38,202 nt of DNA from Octopus bimaculoides (GCF_001194135.2 NC_068988.1:35400682-35438883); one strand, 5' to 3'. Positions 1 to 13,948 are shown, counted from the stretch's first letter. The notes: generated from the letters alone by a model not told the origin. Numbers and translations: made by a program.

Positions 1-399
1 TCTGTGTGTCTGTGTGTGTATGTGTGTGTGTGCGCGTGCGCGTGCGTGTGTACTCATATTTGACGTTTTATATGAATGATCACCTCGATTGCTATAACTT
101 CAACTTTCTCTTCTGAGAGATGTGAAATGTTCCCATAAGCAAAAACCAAATAAACATGAAAACAAGAATAAAAGCGCTGAAATAGGTGTTTGGAGTCAAA
201 TATTTTTATGCGGGTTCAACTTTCTCTGTAGGTAATATTAATGCATATTTCTTCTATTTCAGACAAGTAGCATAACATATCAATCTCCGCTGTTCCTTAC
301 ATCTGGAAGAAGTCCACAAAGGCTTGTAAACTTAAGCCCATGTCACACATAACTTTATACATTCTCACATGTACGTAGATACGCACACGTGCGTATATA

Positions 400-925
<526 letters not shown>

Positions 926-1806
926 ACATAAATGGAAATGCACGCGTATATATATTGGATTTCCTTTGACGATTACATTGTTTGATAGATGACTGACTCC
1001 ATTAATGTAACAATAAAGGAAACAGAAAGGAAAGGGATCGGTAGTTTTTATGGAAACACCGATTCGTGCTTAGAAATATTTTGACCTGTGAACGGCAAGA
1101 ACAACTCTATGTGAGGTTAAACTATCTGATCATACAATATTCATGAAAATCTGTATTAATCCCTTAATGTATTTCTTGTAGTAGAGAGCCTTTGCAATAA
1201 AATATTGAGCTCTTTTTTTTCGATATAATTCAAGTTACGTAAGCTACTAGGATGATGTGCCGGAGATTTATTCTATATCCAAATATCTCCTTTTACTTTT
1301 CCACTTCGACCCATGGAAGGGATCAATGTCAAATTCAAAACATCATGTTTAAGAAAGAAGGAAAAAATGAGAAAAAGTGAAAAATACCAATTAACATAAA
1401 ACTAAGCAAACAGTAAAACACAAAGCAATGATTAGCGTAAAGCTTCCTAGCCTTTTAAAAGAATGGTTATATTATTCATGATGCACCATACGTCGATTCT
1501 TCCTGGATTGGCTTCATTATGATATAATTTTCTTTTAGGAGAATATTTTTTTTTTAAAGTGTCAACCAAAATTTTCTAATTCTGCCGAAAGTTAGGCTGT
1601 GAATGGTCAGCCACAGTCCTTGTCATCTCGACTGCGATAAAGAGAGAAAGATATAAAGAAAGATAGAGATAGAGAGATAGGGGAAGAGAGGAGAGAGAGA
1701 AGAAGAAGAGAGTAAGATGGGAAAAAGAACCGACCTCAGTATGTTGCCTACGATAATTCTATCATTGACTATGCTAATGTTTAGTACTAACTATTTTGTA
1801 TCTCAT

Positions 1807-2026
1807 CCCATTAGCATTTGAACTGGCCATATCCGACCAAAAGGTTCTCCCTGCTTTATCTTCAGACGAGCCAGATTTAGCCTCTCACACTTAGCGTACA
1901 ATATTATTCTAGAAAATATTATTCTCATCATTTAAATCTCAATGCTGCAAACTAATGCATGACCAATTCAAAACAATGTGAGTAAAAAAGCATTACATTT
2001 GACACAGACGTCTGAATATTAAAGGT
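1807..2026. mobile_element. Non-autonomous piggyBac-like MITE (degenerate)
   Basis: The left end CCCATTAGCATT and the right end AATATTAAAGGT followed by TTAA (2027-2030) fit imperfect CCC...GGG terminal inverted repeats with a TTAA target; the left TTAA is degenerate (TCAT). No ORF. Confidence 0.55.
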
Positions 2027-2067
2027 TTAATATGAAAAATAGTAAAGCGCCTAACTTATTGTTCCAG

Positions 2068-2133
2068 CCGGAATAATTCAAACAGCCCGAGTTTTAGTCA
2101 ATCAGAACCAGCGCTTTTACAAATCGCTACTTA
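2068..2133 (+). CDS. Candidate 66-nt symmetric exon of an unidentified gene
   Basis: CTAAC branch-like motif, then ttattgttccag acceptor and GTATGA donor. Open in two frames (GIIQTARVLVNQNQRFYKSLL or RNNSNSPSFSQSEPALLQIAT). No homology recognised. Confidence 0.15.
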
Positions 2134-2739
2134 GTATGAAAAATACTAGAAAATAGGTTTCACGCATACATGACACATAAACACATGTGCATATATACAC
2201 ATATATCTATTGATTCTAGTCACTGATAATATCTGCTTATTTTGGTTAAACAATACTATAATATATGGTATATATTTGTTCGCTGCATGGTGACTTAAAC
2301 GATGAAATCCTCTTAACCGTTGTCAAAATTTATACCATTAACTCTGAGTCGTTGAATGAGGATTAGAGTAAATCAATTCCAGTTTATATCCGAGTTCAAT
2401 AGAGGATATCACATGATCCCAGTATCTTTGACAATACTGCTCCTTTGGTTATTCTTTTAGCTTTACGTGTGAAAATGATAAATAGGTTGACAGCGAGGCG
2501 AGAAAATATGAACAATATGTGATCAAACACACGTTATCACATGTGAAAACAAGATAACAAGCACAAATCCCCTCCGCCATAACATACAAACACACACACA
2601 CACGCATACATATGCATTGATCTATGTCTAGTGATTTCATATATAAAAACACATTTACGTAATGTATATAATAAATATATACATTAATATATCATACATT
2701 TTTTACGCGATATTTGAGCAGGCACATCCTTATGATCAG

Positions 2740-2776
<37 letters not shown>

Positions 2777-2957
2777 NNNNNNNNNNNNNNNNNNNNNNNN
2801 NNNNNNNNNNNNNNNNNNNNNNNNNNNNNNNNNNNNNNNNNNNNNNNNNNNNNNNNNNNNNNNNNNNNNNNNNNNNNNNNNNNNNNNNNNNNNNNNNNNN
2901 NNNNNNNNNNNNNNNNNNNNNNNNNNNNNNNNNNNNNNNNNNNNNNNNNNNNNNNNN
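2777..2957. other. Assembly gap (first of 8; others 3893-4384, 12071-12386, 18960-19653, 22131-22140, 33083-33114, 35630-36165, 37168-37732)
   Basis: Runs of N, almost all flanked by TA/CA/GA microsatellites. Confidence 0.99.
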
Positions 2958-3602
2958 ATATAAATATACACGCACACATTTATACATGTATAATAATGGG
3001 TATATCTGCGTATATATGTACAGACACGCATACATACACACATATGCTCATGTGTAAGTTTGTATGTACGTCTACAAGCAGAAATACGTGGCTGCCATTT
3101 TGTGTGCTTCTCAAATGCTTACGCAGTACTTTTCTGTATGGTTTTCTTTTAGGCAATGTTCTTAGTTAAAAACAAACTACTAAGGAAAAAACAATAAAGC
3201 TAAACTAAATGTAAAAAGTATTAAGAGCGTATATATATCTGCATTTAGGTAATATTCTTCTCTATTGGCATTAGTTACAGTTATTGTCAGTGATTATATG
3301 TAGCATAGTGTCTGATGGTGTGAAAACTCCATACATGCTTGTATCTGTATACCTGCTTAAGTATACGTACATATACAGACATATATATATGTGTGCATAT
3401 ATATATATATATATTTTTTATGCATGCTTGTGTGTGTGTGTGTATATTTATATATATGTGTCTGTGTATGTATGTCTGCATATATTTATATTTGTATGTA
3501 TGCAACACAAATATATTTGTACCAATGTCTGTATATCATATACGTATAGATTTCTTAAAATTGTATATATGATAAAAGTAGAGATAACTCTATCAATCTC
3601 TG

Positions 3603-3636
<34 letters not shown>

Positions 3637-3659
3637 CGCACACACACACACACACACAC

Positions 3660-3717
<58 letters not shown>

Positions 3718-3853
3718 TTATATATGCATATTTATACTTATATATATATATATGTGTGTGTGTGTCTGCGTGTATGTATAAATATATGTAAATATATTAA
3801 TGCAAACATATATATACCCATAGGCGTATATTATCATGTATATATATATATAT

Positions 3854-3892
<39 letters not shown>

Positions 3893-4559
3893 NNNNNNNN
3901 NNNNNNNNNNNNNNNNNNNNNNNNNNNNNNNNNNNNNNNNNNNNNNNNNNNNNNNNNNNNNNNNNNNNNNNNNNNNNNNNNNNNNNNNNNNNNNNNNNNN
4001 NNNNNNNNNNNNNNNNNNNNNNNNNNNNNNNNNNNNNNNNNNNNNNNNNNNNNNNNNNNNNNNNNNNNNNNNNNNNNNNNNNNNNNNNNNNNNNNNNNNN
4101 NNNNNNNNNNNNNNNNNNNNNNNNNNNNNNNNNNNNNNNNNNNNNNNNNNNNNNNNNNNNNNNNNNNNNNNNNNNNNNNNNNNNNNNNNNNNNNNNNNNN
4201 NNNNNNNNNNNNNNNNNNNNNNNNNNNNNNNNNNNNNNNNNNNNNNNNNNNNNNNNNNNNNNNNNNNNNNNNNNNNNNNNNNNNNNNNNNNNNNNNNNNN
4301 NNNNNNNNNNNNNNNNNNNNNNNNNNNNNNNNNNNNNNNNNNNNNNNNNNNNNNNNNNNNNNNNNNNNNNNNNNNNNNNNNNNNATCCGTTTTTACTTAA
4401 ATGTAAAAAGAAAATGGTGATATGGTATTTTTTCGTTTCGTTTCGTTTTTGTTTTTTATCCCCTCATGAGTATTCTGTGTGAAATCTCCATGTTGCTTTT
4501 TTTTAAATAGAAAAACAAAATATTCTCTCTGTTATTGTCTTGTTGCTGCTGTTTATTAT

Positions 4560-5700
4560 TGAGAATACGCAATAAAGACAGTGCTGGTGTTGGCAGTGGT
4601 AGGGGTCTTGGTGATGGTGACGGCTCAGAGTTGTTGTAGGCTGTCGTCTGCTGTTGAAGTATTGACGTCGATCACCATCATCGTCATCAAGATCACCCCT
4701 TCCGCCTCCTCCCTCTTTTCTTTCTTCTGTACTTCTTTTCCATCTGCAAAATGATCGCCATCTTCACCGTTTTTGTTGTCGTTTTTTTTTGTCGTAGTTG
4801 TTGTCATGAGTGTTATCATCATCACAATTATCATTATCGATAGGGACATGTTCGACGCTATTCACGTCATCATTATGATCATCATCATCGTCATTATAAT
4901 ATCCAACGTTATTATCAGCAGTGCCACCGCCGGCACCACCACAACCACAACCACTAGCACCATCACGACCACCATCACCATCACCACCATCACTACCACC
5001 ACCACCACCACGATCACCATCATCATCATCATCACCATCGTTGTCGTCGTCATCATCATTATTATCGTTATTATCAGTCCCACCGCCACGGCGACGACCA
5101 CCACTACCAGCACTACAACCTACGCCATCACCACTACCATTACTACCCCTACCACGACTACCACGACTAAGACCAACACGATTATGACCCCCACGACCAC
5201 GCCCACGAACATGACGACCAGCACCACCACAAACACCATCATCATCTTAATCATCATCGTCATCGCCATCATCGTCTTCATAGTTATCTTATCTTGATCA
5301 GTATTTTGAGTATGATGACCAGTATGTGCATCATTATCAACATGATTGCGACGTTCCTTATTAAATCAATATTGTCCTTATTATGAAAGTTCGCGTCATC
5401 ATCACTATAATTATCGTCATTGCTCACAGCACGATTATCATCAGCCCTGTTTTCGCCATTATTGTGTTTATTGATAATTAAATAAGTGTTTGGGGGTATA
5501 TTACTGATATGTTAATGATTAAAATAACGACTACGGCGACAACGATGACCAAAATGATGATGTTGATGATGATAACGATGGCGACGATTATAAATATGGC
5601 GGTTATGATGAGGTTGCTAACTACGACGACAATCATGATGACGGTGTTGATGGTGATGACGAGCATGACAGTGATGATAGACAAAGGTAATAATGATTAT
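4560..5700. repeat. Long degenerate trinucleotide array (ACC/ATC/ACG/ATT, then GAT/GAC)
   Basis: Continuous 3-nt periodicity that gives poly-Thr/Ile/Val/Met ORFs on both strands. Confidence 0.9.
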
Positions 5701-5702
5701 TC

Positions 5703-5878
5703 TCTTATTCTCTTATTTATTTCAGTCATCTGACTGCGGCCATGCTGGAGCACCACCTCTAGTCGAACAAATCGACCCCAGGACTTATTCTTTGTAAGCC
5801 TAAGTTACGGGGAGGTAAACACACCAACATCGGTTGTCGGGCGAAGGTGTGGTGACAAACAGAGACATACAAATGTAT

Positions 5879-5960
<82 letters not shown>

Positions 5961-6129
5961 GGCCGGCTTCTTTCAGTTTCTGTCTACCAAATGCACTCAC
6001 AAGGCTTTGGTTCGCTTGACCGAGGCTACAGTAGAAAGCATTTGCCCAAGGTATCACGCAGTGGGATTGAACCCAGAGCGAAGTGGTTGGTAAGCAAGCT
6101 ATTCAACACACAGCCACTCCTGCACCTAT
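5703..6129 (-). mobile_element. tRNA-derived SINE family A with internal (CA)n/(TA)n microsatellite, copy 1
   Basis: The reverse strand begins ATAGGTGCAGGAGTGGCTGTGTG, then B-box GGGTTCAATCCC and ACCTTGGGCAAATGCTTTCTACT. It is collinear with the copies at 13533, 22445 and 32898. Confidence 0.85.
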
Positions 6130-6557
6130 GTTCACAATGAGAGATATTAGTTAATAAAAATTTGTTATTAGCATTGGTGTATGTTAATAGAAATAATAAA
6201 ACAAAATGAAAAAAAGCAATGAAATGAAATATTGCTCAGAAATTGTCGTTGTTTCAGATTTTGCTGTCATTGTCGAATGCATAGAGGGCAATGATAGTAA
6301 AAGTGATGACGGTAACAATGAGGAGAGAAGCGGGGGGGGGCGATTAGAAGGTGTAAGGCGAGAAGGACGAGCATGATAATAATGGAGACCATGATGACGT
6401 AAGTGATTGTAATGATGACGATGATGATAATGATGATGATGACAGTGACACTGGCAACAATAAAGGAAGTTAACTATGATGCTAACGACAATGCCGACAA
6501 TTATGACATTGTTATTATAAAAAAAAAATACCATTGGACCCTGGAGTGGGAACTTAC

Positions 6558-6586
6558 CTGCTCCCTTACAACTGCTGGGCTTGATC
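6558..6586 (-). CDS. Candidate 29-nt micro-exon
   Basis: Reverse strand: gttttcaattttag|GATCAAGCCCAGCAGTTGTAAGGGAGCAG|gtaagt. Strong acceptor and donor; open in 2 of 3 frames (SSPAVVREQ or IKPSSCKGA). Confidence 0.2.
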
Positions 6587-6624
6587 CTAAAATTGAAAAC
6601 ATTATTATTATTCTTATTATTATT

Positions 6625-6838
6625 GTTCAGTAGTTTTATTTTTATAACGGGCTTTCACTTCACTACCGAGCGCAGCTCTGTGCGCCTTGGGTATGTGCTG
6701 TGGTTTTCTGTGGTGCTCTTATGTTTACTGCATTGAAAGTGTTTTGCGTAGAATGTGTACAGTACCCAGTAGTGCAATTTTCTGTATGTTATATATATTT
6801 GTAAGTCCTGGTGTTTTTGTTATGTATTTGTCTGAATA

Positions 6839-6845
<7 letters not shown>
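6625..6845 (-). mobile_element. 5'-truncated Dong/R4-clade retrotransposon: extreme C-terminus plus 3' UTR, flanked by (TAA)n
   Basis: Translates to KYITKTPGLTNIYNIQKIALLGTVHILRKTLSMQ*, matching the QKxALLGTAxILRKxL C-terminus of R4/Dong ORFs; AAT repeats lie on both sides. Confidence 0.85.
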
Positions 6846-6896
<51 letters not shown>

Positions 6897-6899
6897 TTA

Positions 6900-7349
6900 A
6901 TATCTTTGCACACCTAATGTTGGAGATGTACTACGAAGTGAACTGTTCACTTCCAGTGAAATCAGGTAAAACACCTTATTTTCGAGCACCATCCGTAGCA
7001 TTCGAGCTGTTTTCTGCAACTACCCCTCCCTTATCGCAACCCCTATTTGTTCCATGTACTTCACAAGATGTTTACTAACTTTCCCCAGGCCCCCGACAAT
7101 TCGTCGCATTTCTACCACCTTTTTCAGTGACCACAACTGCTTAACCTCCCACGCTAACCATTCTTCCTTACCGCATACCTTGTTGTCAGCTGGGTATGCT
7201 ATATCTATGATTCATCATTGTTTGCTTTCTTTCTCAATTAACACTTTGTCTGGTTTTCTATTCTTTATCTCATGGTTGCACTGAATCACAAATCCCATAG
7301 GATCTTTGCATTATCGTTTTCGATGATGCCTTCGGGTTTATGTTCGTAC

Positions 7350-7350
<1 letters not shown>
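6900..7350 (-). mobile_element. Dong/R4-clade retrotransposon remnant, restriction-like endonuclease (REL) region
   Basis: YEHKPEGIIENDNAKILWD/VIQCNHEIKNRKPDKVLIEKESKQ**IIDIAYPADNKV...WEVKQLWSLKKVV...IVGGLGKVSKHL...LQKTARMLRMVLE carries the ILWD, KPD and IDIAxP REL motifs, with frameshift and stops. Confidence 0.85.
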
Positions 7351-7418
<68 letters not shown>

Positions 7419-7424
7419 CATTAC

Positions 7425-7975
7425 TATTGAGTGAGAGAGCAGTGCATGCCATCAAAGTGACACTGAGGAAAAATATACGAAGCCCAGTATACCCTTCATA
7501 ACTGCCTGTCTGATAAGTGTACACCAAGCACATGCATCACAACCATAAGTGCGCAAGATGGTGATCTCATATCAAGATAAACAGCGCATGTTCTTACAGG
7601 TGGGGCCTAGTTAGAATTTTCCTTAGGTCGAGTAGCCCATCCCGCTCAAAATGTCCCTGAATAAGGTTGTTTAAGGATGTTGGACGAAACACCCATGTTT
7701 TCAAAGGTGAATTATTCAAACTCCAAAGAATTCCTTTCAACACATGGCTATGATGCTCCCCCACTACTCTGCTCATGATCAGAGATTCACATATCGTCAG
7801 CCATCAAGGGACATGCTCAACTGGTCAAGGTCAAACAACTGACAAGCAAATCTGTGGCATTGAGCAGAATATTTGCTGTAGCCCATCTTTTATACAAAGA
7901 CAAAATAATGCACATGATGACACTTCCAATCAGTTAAGATCAGAAGATATGAGAGCCACTGCCTGGTACCTCATT
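7425..7975 (-). mobile_element. ~550-bp non-coding interspersed element embedded in (TAA)n
   Basis: Sharp boundaries against long (ATT)n on both sides (7350-7425 and 7975-8060). No RT/EN motif and no clear Pol III boxes. Resembles a high-copy octopus repeat from memory; the strand is assumed from the TAA polarity. Confidence 0.6.
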
Positions 7976-7994
7976 ATCATTATTATTATTATTA

Positions 7995-8063
<69 letters not shown>

Positions 8064-8113
8064 GTGCTGTTCCTGCTGCTGTTGTTATTGTTGTTGTTAT
8101 GAAGGCAGCCAAC

Positions 8114-8324
8114 TAAGGCTGCGAGCTGGTAGAATCGTTAGCACGGTGGGGGAAAAGCTTAACTGCATTTCGTGCTCATTTGTTTTCTATGTTCAAATTC
8201 CGACGAGGTCGAATTTGCTTCTTTCGTTGTCAATAGAACAAGTACCAGTTGAAAACTGAATCGATTTAATCGAGTTAACCCTCCCTCCCCTAAAACTGAT
8301 GGCCTTGTTCTAAGTGTTTCAAGC

Positions 8325-8361
<37 letters not shown>

Positions 8362-8362
8362 T
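8114..8362 (+). mobile_element. tRNA-derived SINE family B with (ATT)n tail, copy 1
   Basis: TAAGGCTGCGAGCTGGTAGAATCGTTAGCAC...GTTCAAATTCC GACGAGGTCGA; collinear with the copies at 29783 and 32248. Confidence 0.8.
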
Positions 8363-8676
8363 GTAATTGTAGTAGTAGTAGTAGTATGATAACGACAATG
8401 ATAAAGCTGCAGCTGCAGTAGTGATAATTATAGGGATGATGAGAATGATGAAGTTGACGACGACGATGACGATGACAATCAAAATGAAGCAGAAGGTTAC
8501 GTGTGTGATAGCGCTATACAATGTTCGTATTTTTGTTGTTGTTGTTGTTGTTGCCGATACTGTTGTTGTTGCTTTTAATGGTGGTTGAATGTGTATTTTG
8601 GTTACTTTGATAGCAGAAATGTTTTCTACATTATAGGTCTATGACAGTTTGTGTTATTCGCCAATTAGTGTCTCTG

Positions 8677-8725
<49 letters not shown>

Positions 8726-8912
8726 GCTTCATCTTCACCACCTCTCCTTTAATCTCTAGTCTTATAATGTATATAATACAGTTTTTTGATAATCTTCAAG
8801 TTATTTTTTGTTATATCTTTAGTCGAACTGCTTTCGTGTTTCTTTCTAATGTTTGGTTGTTATTTTACTTTGTTCAAGATATACATACATACATCCATGC
8901 ATAAATATAAAC

Positions 8913-8948
<36 letters not shown>

Positions 8949-9333
8949 TTATCTATCCATTTATTTAGGCCCATATATATCTATGTATGTATATTTATGC
9001 ATTGTGCTCATGCGTAGGGATGTGTATTAATACAGCCGTATTTATATACTTATTTTTGATTGAACAGTCATTGAAGGTTCGGACAAGAAGAGAACGCAAT
9101 ATGTAAATGAGGTCTTTTAACTCTTTTGATGAGTGGCGGCTAAATGGCGATGAATTGATGTGCCGTTTTAGATTTAGCCATATTAATACATCTACTTTTA
9201 CATTTTTATCAAAATAATACTACAATACTGACCGTGTGCAAGGCATTAAGAAAATATATGGATATGTGAAAAATCTGTCGTGCTCTTTACAAAGAATATA
9301 TATGAATGCGTCTGGCAATGTTTTTGGAAGAAT

Positions 9334-9408
<75 letters not shown>

Positions 9409-9877
9409 ATATATGTATATATATATATACTTGATAGATAGAATATATATATTTCATGTGTTAATATTAGATTCATGTGCTGACAACATGCTAAACATTG
9501 TTTTATAAAATGTCTTGTGTCCCACCACAATCATCAGACACTTCCCTCTGGGCATAATGAACTAACAATGCGATAAGAGAAAAAGCGGGCAAGGGTGCGT
9601 AAGAAATATATATATAAAAAGTGTGTGTGTGTGTGTGTGTGTAACAGTGTCATTTCAGAGGGTATTAAATGCTGGTAAGTCTTTGAAAAGGAACACGAGT
9701 TTGTAAAATTAAGTCGCAGATCGAATGCACGAATTGTGATATATGTCACATCTCTAGCACAAATCAGCACTTGCACGTCTCTAATAAATTATACCTCCGC
9801 ACAAGCATATCAGCCACCAAAGATTAATCTAGTCAAAACTCGGGACAAGAACATCATAGTTTTGATCATATTTGAAG

Positions 9878-10061
9878 ACGAAAACATAAGAGGAATGATG
9901 ATCGAAGTGACATCCTAACAAATGAACAGGAATCAGCCATTAACAGCAACCATCAATTAAATGAATTCCAGCTTACAAATCTAACACCTGCCACTGACCA
10001 TGACGCAATGCAGTTCGTTCTTGACTTCATTTTAACGTCAGACGCACAATTGATCATTTAA
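9878..10061 (+). CDS. Candidate terminal exon (60 stop-free codons), product unknown
   Basis: After a moderate acceptor (catatttgaag|), the frame reads RKHKRNDDRSDILTNEQESAINSNHQLNEFQLTNLTPATDHDAMQFVLDFILTSDAQLII* in non-repetitive sequence. No homology recognised. Confidence 0.15.
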
Positions 10062-10684
10062 TTACTATTCGTCCGATTTAGTTCTTTCGTAATTAGTTGA
10101 GATATTTTCATGCTTTGTTCTTGTACTTTGTACAGTTTTATGTAAGTATGTAGGTGTGTATGTTTATATACACGTGTGTATGTGTTCATTGGAAATTATT
10201 TTATATATGGTGGATATTTCTTGATAAAAAATAATCAGTTCCGATCAATAACATCTAGTTTAACTCTTATATAATCCAGGCACAACAAGAATTCCAGGCC
10301 TCTTCATGTTCTCTAAACAACTTGCTAGGGTGTTTTTTCGCCGAAATATTAAAAAAAATATTGAATAATTTGTTTTGGGTTAAAGTTCAATCTTTCTTCT
10401 TGTTTTTGTTTTTATTATATAATATTATTCCAAATGTAATTCTTTGCTTCTAAATTGCTGCTCGAAAGTAATGACGTGTGATTTAACTGAATGAATTGTC
10501 ACACAACTTAGGCGGCAAGACACTGTTTTATGGTGTTACTTTGAAAATATGAGTTCTTATACGTATGTACATATGAAATTATGAATGTATGTATGTATGC
10601 ATCAATGTATAGGTGTGTATGTATGTGTGTGTGTGCGTGTATGTATAAATGTCTACGTCTAACTATGTATGCTTATCTACATAG

Positions 10685-10766
<82 letters not shown>
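10685..10766. repeat. (ATCT)n tetranucleotide microsatellite
   Basis: Pure ATCT array; similar arrays at ~8912-8953 and ~18855-18940. Confidence 0.95.
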
Positions 10767-11224
10767 GACTCTGTCTGTCTGTATGTATGTATGTATTTAT
10801 ATATGATGTATAGTGTTGGGGATCTTCCATATTTCTTTTCTTTAACTTCTTAAATGTTTATCGACGGTGTGTCTACGCTGAATTGCCTCGGGGAAATGTA
10901 TTCTTACTTTACTGAAATAATAGTGAGTCGATCTTGTTGATAAGTTACGATTCAAAACTTTGAAGTTTATTTTATATGTTGTGAACATTTCCGTGATTCG
11001 AAGTTGAATGAAGTTGATGCTGACAAATCGTTATATACATCTTTAAGGAAATTGAGCTTTCCATCTTCTAGATGACATTTTTCGTTTTCTTGAATGTGAT
11101 TTTGTTCTGACGTACATACCTACAAACGTACACACAAACACACACACAAACACACACACAAACACACATATATGTGTATATCAATGTGTCCATATATATA
11201 TATGTATACGCAGGTGTGTGTTTG

Positions 11225-11294
<70 letters not shown>

Positions 11295-12386
11295 TTCAAA
11301 TAGATGTATGTGTGTATGTGATGTGTGTAAGTGTGCTTGGTGCATATAGATATGATTGCATTGTTTGCGTTGGCGTATGTTTATTATTTTCCTTTCTAAA
11401 AACTTGTCCGTGTCGCTTTTACGTATATTAATGTTATGTCGTTTTAAAACAATACGAGACCAACGGAAGCATTTGTAAACTCTATGGGTATATGTGTACG
11501 TGTGTCTAATTCGTGATTATGCGTGTGCGCATGTATTAGTATGTGTCCGTGTTTATGTATGTGTGCCTCTTGACTTAGTTTTGGTATCTCATCCTTTTAA
11601 TCTTGTTATTGCATTCATTGTTTTTCTATATTATTTTGTTTCCTTGTCTCCAATTATTTCTAGTATTCTACTTATTTTTTGTTCTTTATTCCTGTGTTTA
11701 ATATTTGGCCAGCCATACAGAACTATTGTGTGCTATGATGTGAAAAATTATTTCATTGAGTGAAGTTTAGGTTTCTACTTAATGTTGCTGGTTCTGTTGG
11801 TCATTTTCTGTTTTTCTCTGTGAGAGTGTATTTAGTACATCAAAACACACATATAATGTAAGTATGCATATATGTATGTATGTTTGTATGTATGTATATA
11901 TGTGTGTGTATATATAAGTATATATATATACATATATATATTTACATATATATATATGTGTGTGTTTGTGTATATATATATATATATATATATAGATAGA
12001 TAGATAGATATGTGTATATAAGTATATATATATATGTATATGTATATGTATGTATATATATATATATATANNNNNNNNNNNNNNNNNNNNNNNNNNNNNN
12101 NNNNNNNNNNNNNNNNNNNNNNNNNNNNNNNNNNNNNNNNNNNNNNNNNNNNNNNNNNNNNNNNNNNNNNNNNNNNNNNNNNNNNNNNNNNNNNNNNNNN
12201 NNNNNNNNNNNNNNNNNNNNNNNNNNNNNNNNNNNNNNNNNNNNNNNNNNNNNNNNNNNNNNNNNNNNNNNNNNNNNNNNNNNNNNNNNNNNNNNNNNNN
12301 NNNNNNNNNNNNNNNNNNNNNNNNNNNNNNNNNNNNNNNNNNNNNNNNNNNNNNNNNNNNNNNNNNNNNNNNNNNNNNNNNNNNNN

Positions 12387-12431
<45 letters not shown>

Positions 12432-12445
12432 TAGAGAGAGAGAGG

Positions 12446-12477
<32 letters not shown>

Positions 12478-12817
12478 GAGAGATAGAGAGGGGGAAATGA
12501 AAGGGACAAGGGTTTCTTTGATAATGCTTTGTATAGATGTGTTTCTTTCGGATAAGGTTCTTGATTAAAAGGTTGAGCAAAAAATGAGGTATAATTATTA
12601 TGACTTATTATTATTGTTGTTGCTATTAACATTATTATTAATATTATCATCATCATCGCCATCAACATTTTCATGATTCTTTTACATTCCAGCTTCCCAT
12701 CTCCGACGGCAATTAAGGTGACTCAAGGGAAGGGGTCATATATCATATCATACCTCTTCGTGATGGATATACAAGTAATTTCTTTCAGTGTATACGTACA
12801 TACATACATACACATAT

Positions 12818-12960
<143 letters not shown>

Positions 12961-13532
12961 TATGCTCCCGAACTGTCTCACAACTATCGATTTCCCAGCG
13001 AAATCATTTTATGGGCAAGATAATGTCGCGGATGATAAGTTTTCTTTTGATGTTAAATTAAGGTCTCATAATAATAAATTGTTACTGAAACAGTAAAAAG
13101 TTTTGAAACATTTCATAGTACCATTTTTATTAGTCTACAAATTACGCCATAAAAGACTTAAATGTGAGATTCCCAAATTTACCATAATATTTTGATTTTA
13201 TTTGCATTCAGTTTTTCAAGAAATACTTTACAGTCATCTAAATTTGAAAGTGTTTATCTTGTTATATGACTAACATAAATTCATCCATCACAAATACTAG
13301 CGTCCAGGGAATGGATGATGACAAAGGCTTTCATTTTAACAATAACACTAAAGACGACCAATTATGTTGCCTATGTGAGATAGAGGCAAAAACGAGTACG
13401 ATTCAACGTGAAAAATGTGTAATGCAAAACAGGATATGGGATAATATCATTCAGATTAAGTATCACACCACAGTTATGTTCTCTACGGGTGAAGCTAAAT
13501 AATCTTCGAAATCGTTTCCAAAAGTACAGTTT

Positions 13533-13704
13533 ATAGGTACAAGCGTGGCTGTGTGATAAGAAGTTTGCTTGCCTAACCATATGATCCCATGTTCAGCCGC
13601 AGTCCGTCCCACCTTGAGAAAGTGATTTCTACTATAGCCTCGGGTCGACCAACACTTTGTGAATGAATTTGGTAGCCGGAAACTGAATGAAGAACGTCGC
13701 ATAA

Positions 13705-13742
<38 letters not shown>

Positions 13743-13948
13743 TTGTATGTATGTATGTATGTGTATGTGTGTGTTTGTGTCTGTGTTTATTTTCCTACTA
13801 TCTCTTGAAACCGGTGTCGATGTGTTTACATCCCCGTTAACTAGCGTTTTGGTTAAAAGACCGATAGACTACTAAAATTCCGCAAGGCGGTTCTTCAGCA
13901 TGGCCGAAGTCTAGTGACTGTAACAAGTAAAAGATAAAAATTAAAAGA
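13533..13948 (+). mobile_element. SINE family A, copy 2
   Basis: ATAGGTACAAGCGTGGCTGTGTGATAAG...ACCTTGAGAAAGTGATTTCTACTATAGCCTCGGGTCGACC, then internal TA/TG, then GCGGTTCTTCAGCATGGCCG. Confidence 0.85.

Noticed and set aside
4773-5297. 174-aa Thr/Ile-rich ORF resembling a mucin or membrane protein
   Set aside because: It lies wholly in a degenerate trinucleotide array that is open in several frames and on both strands; there is no unique domain or splice support.
7925-7950. TCCAATCAGTTAAGATCAGA resembles part of U2 snRNA (suggesting a Utopia-type target)
   Set aside because: Only about 15 of 21 positions match and the flanking U2 sequence is absent; this is compatible with chance.
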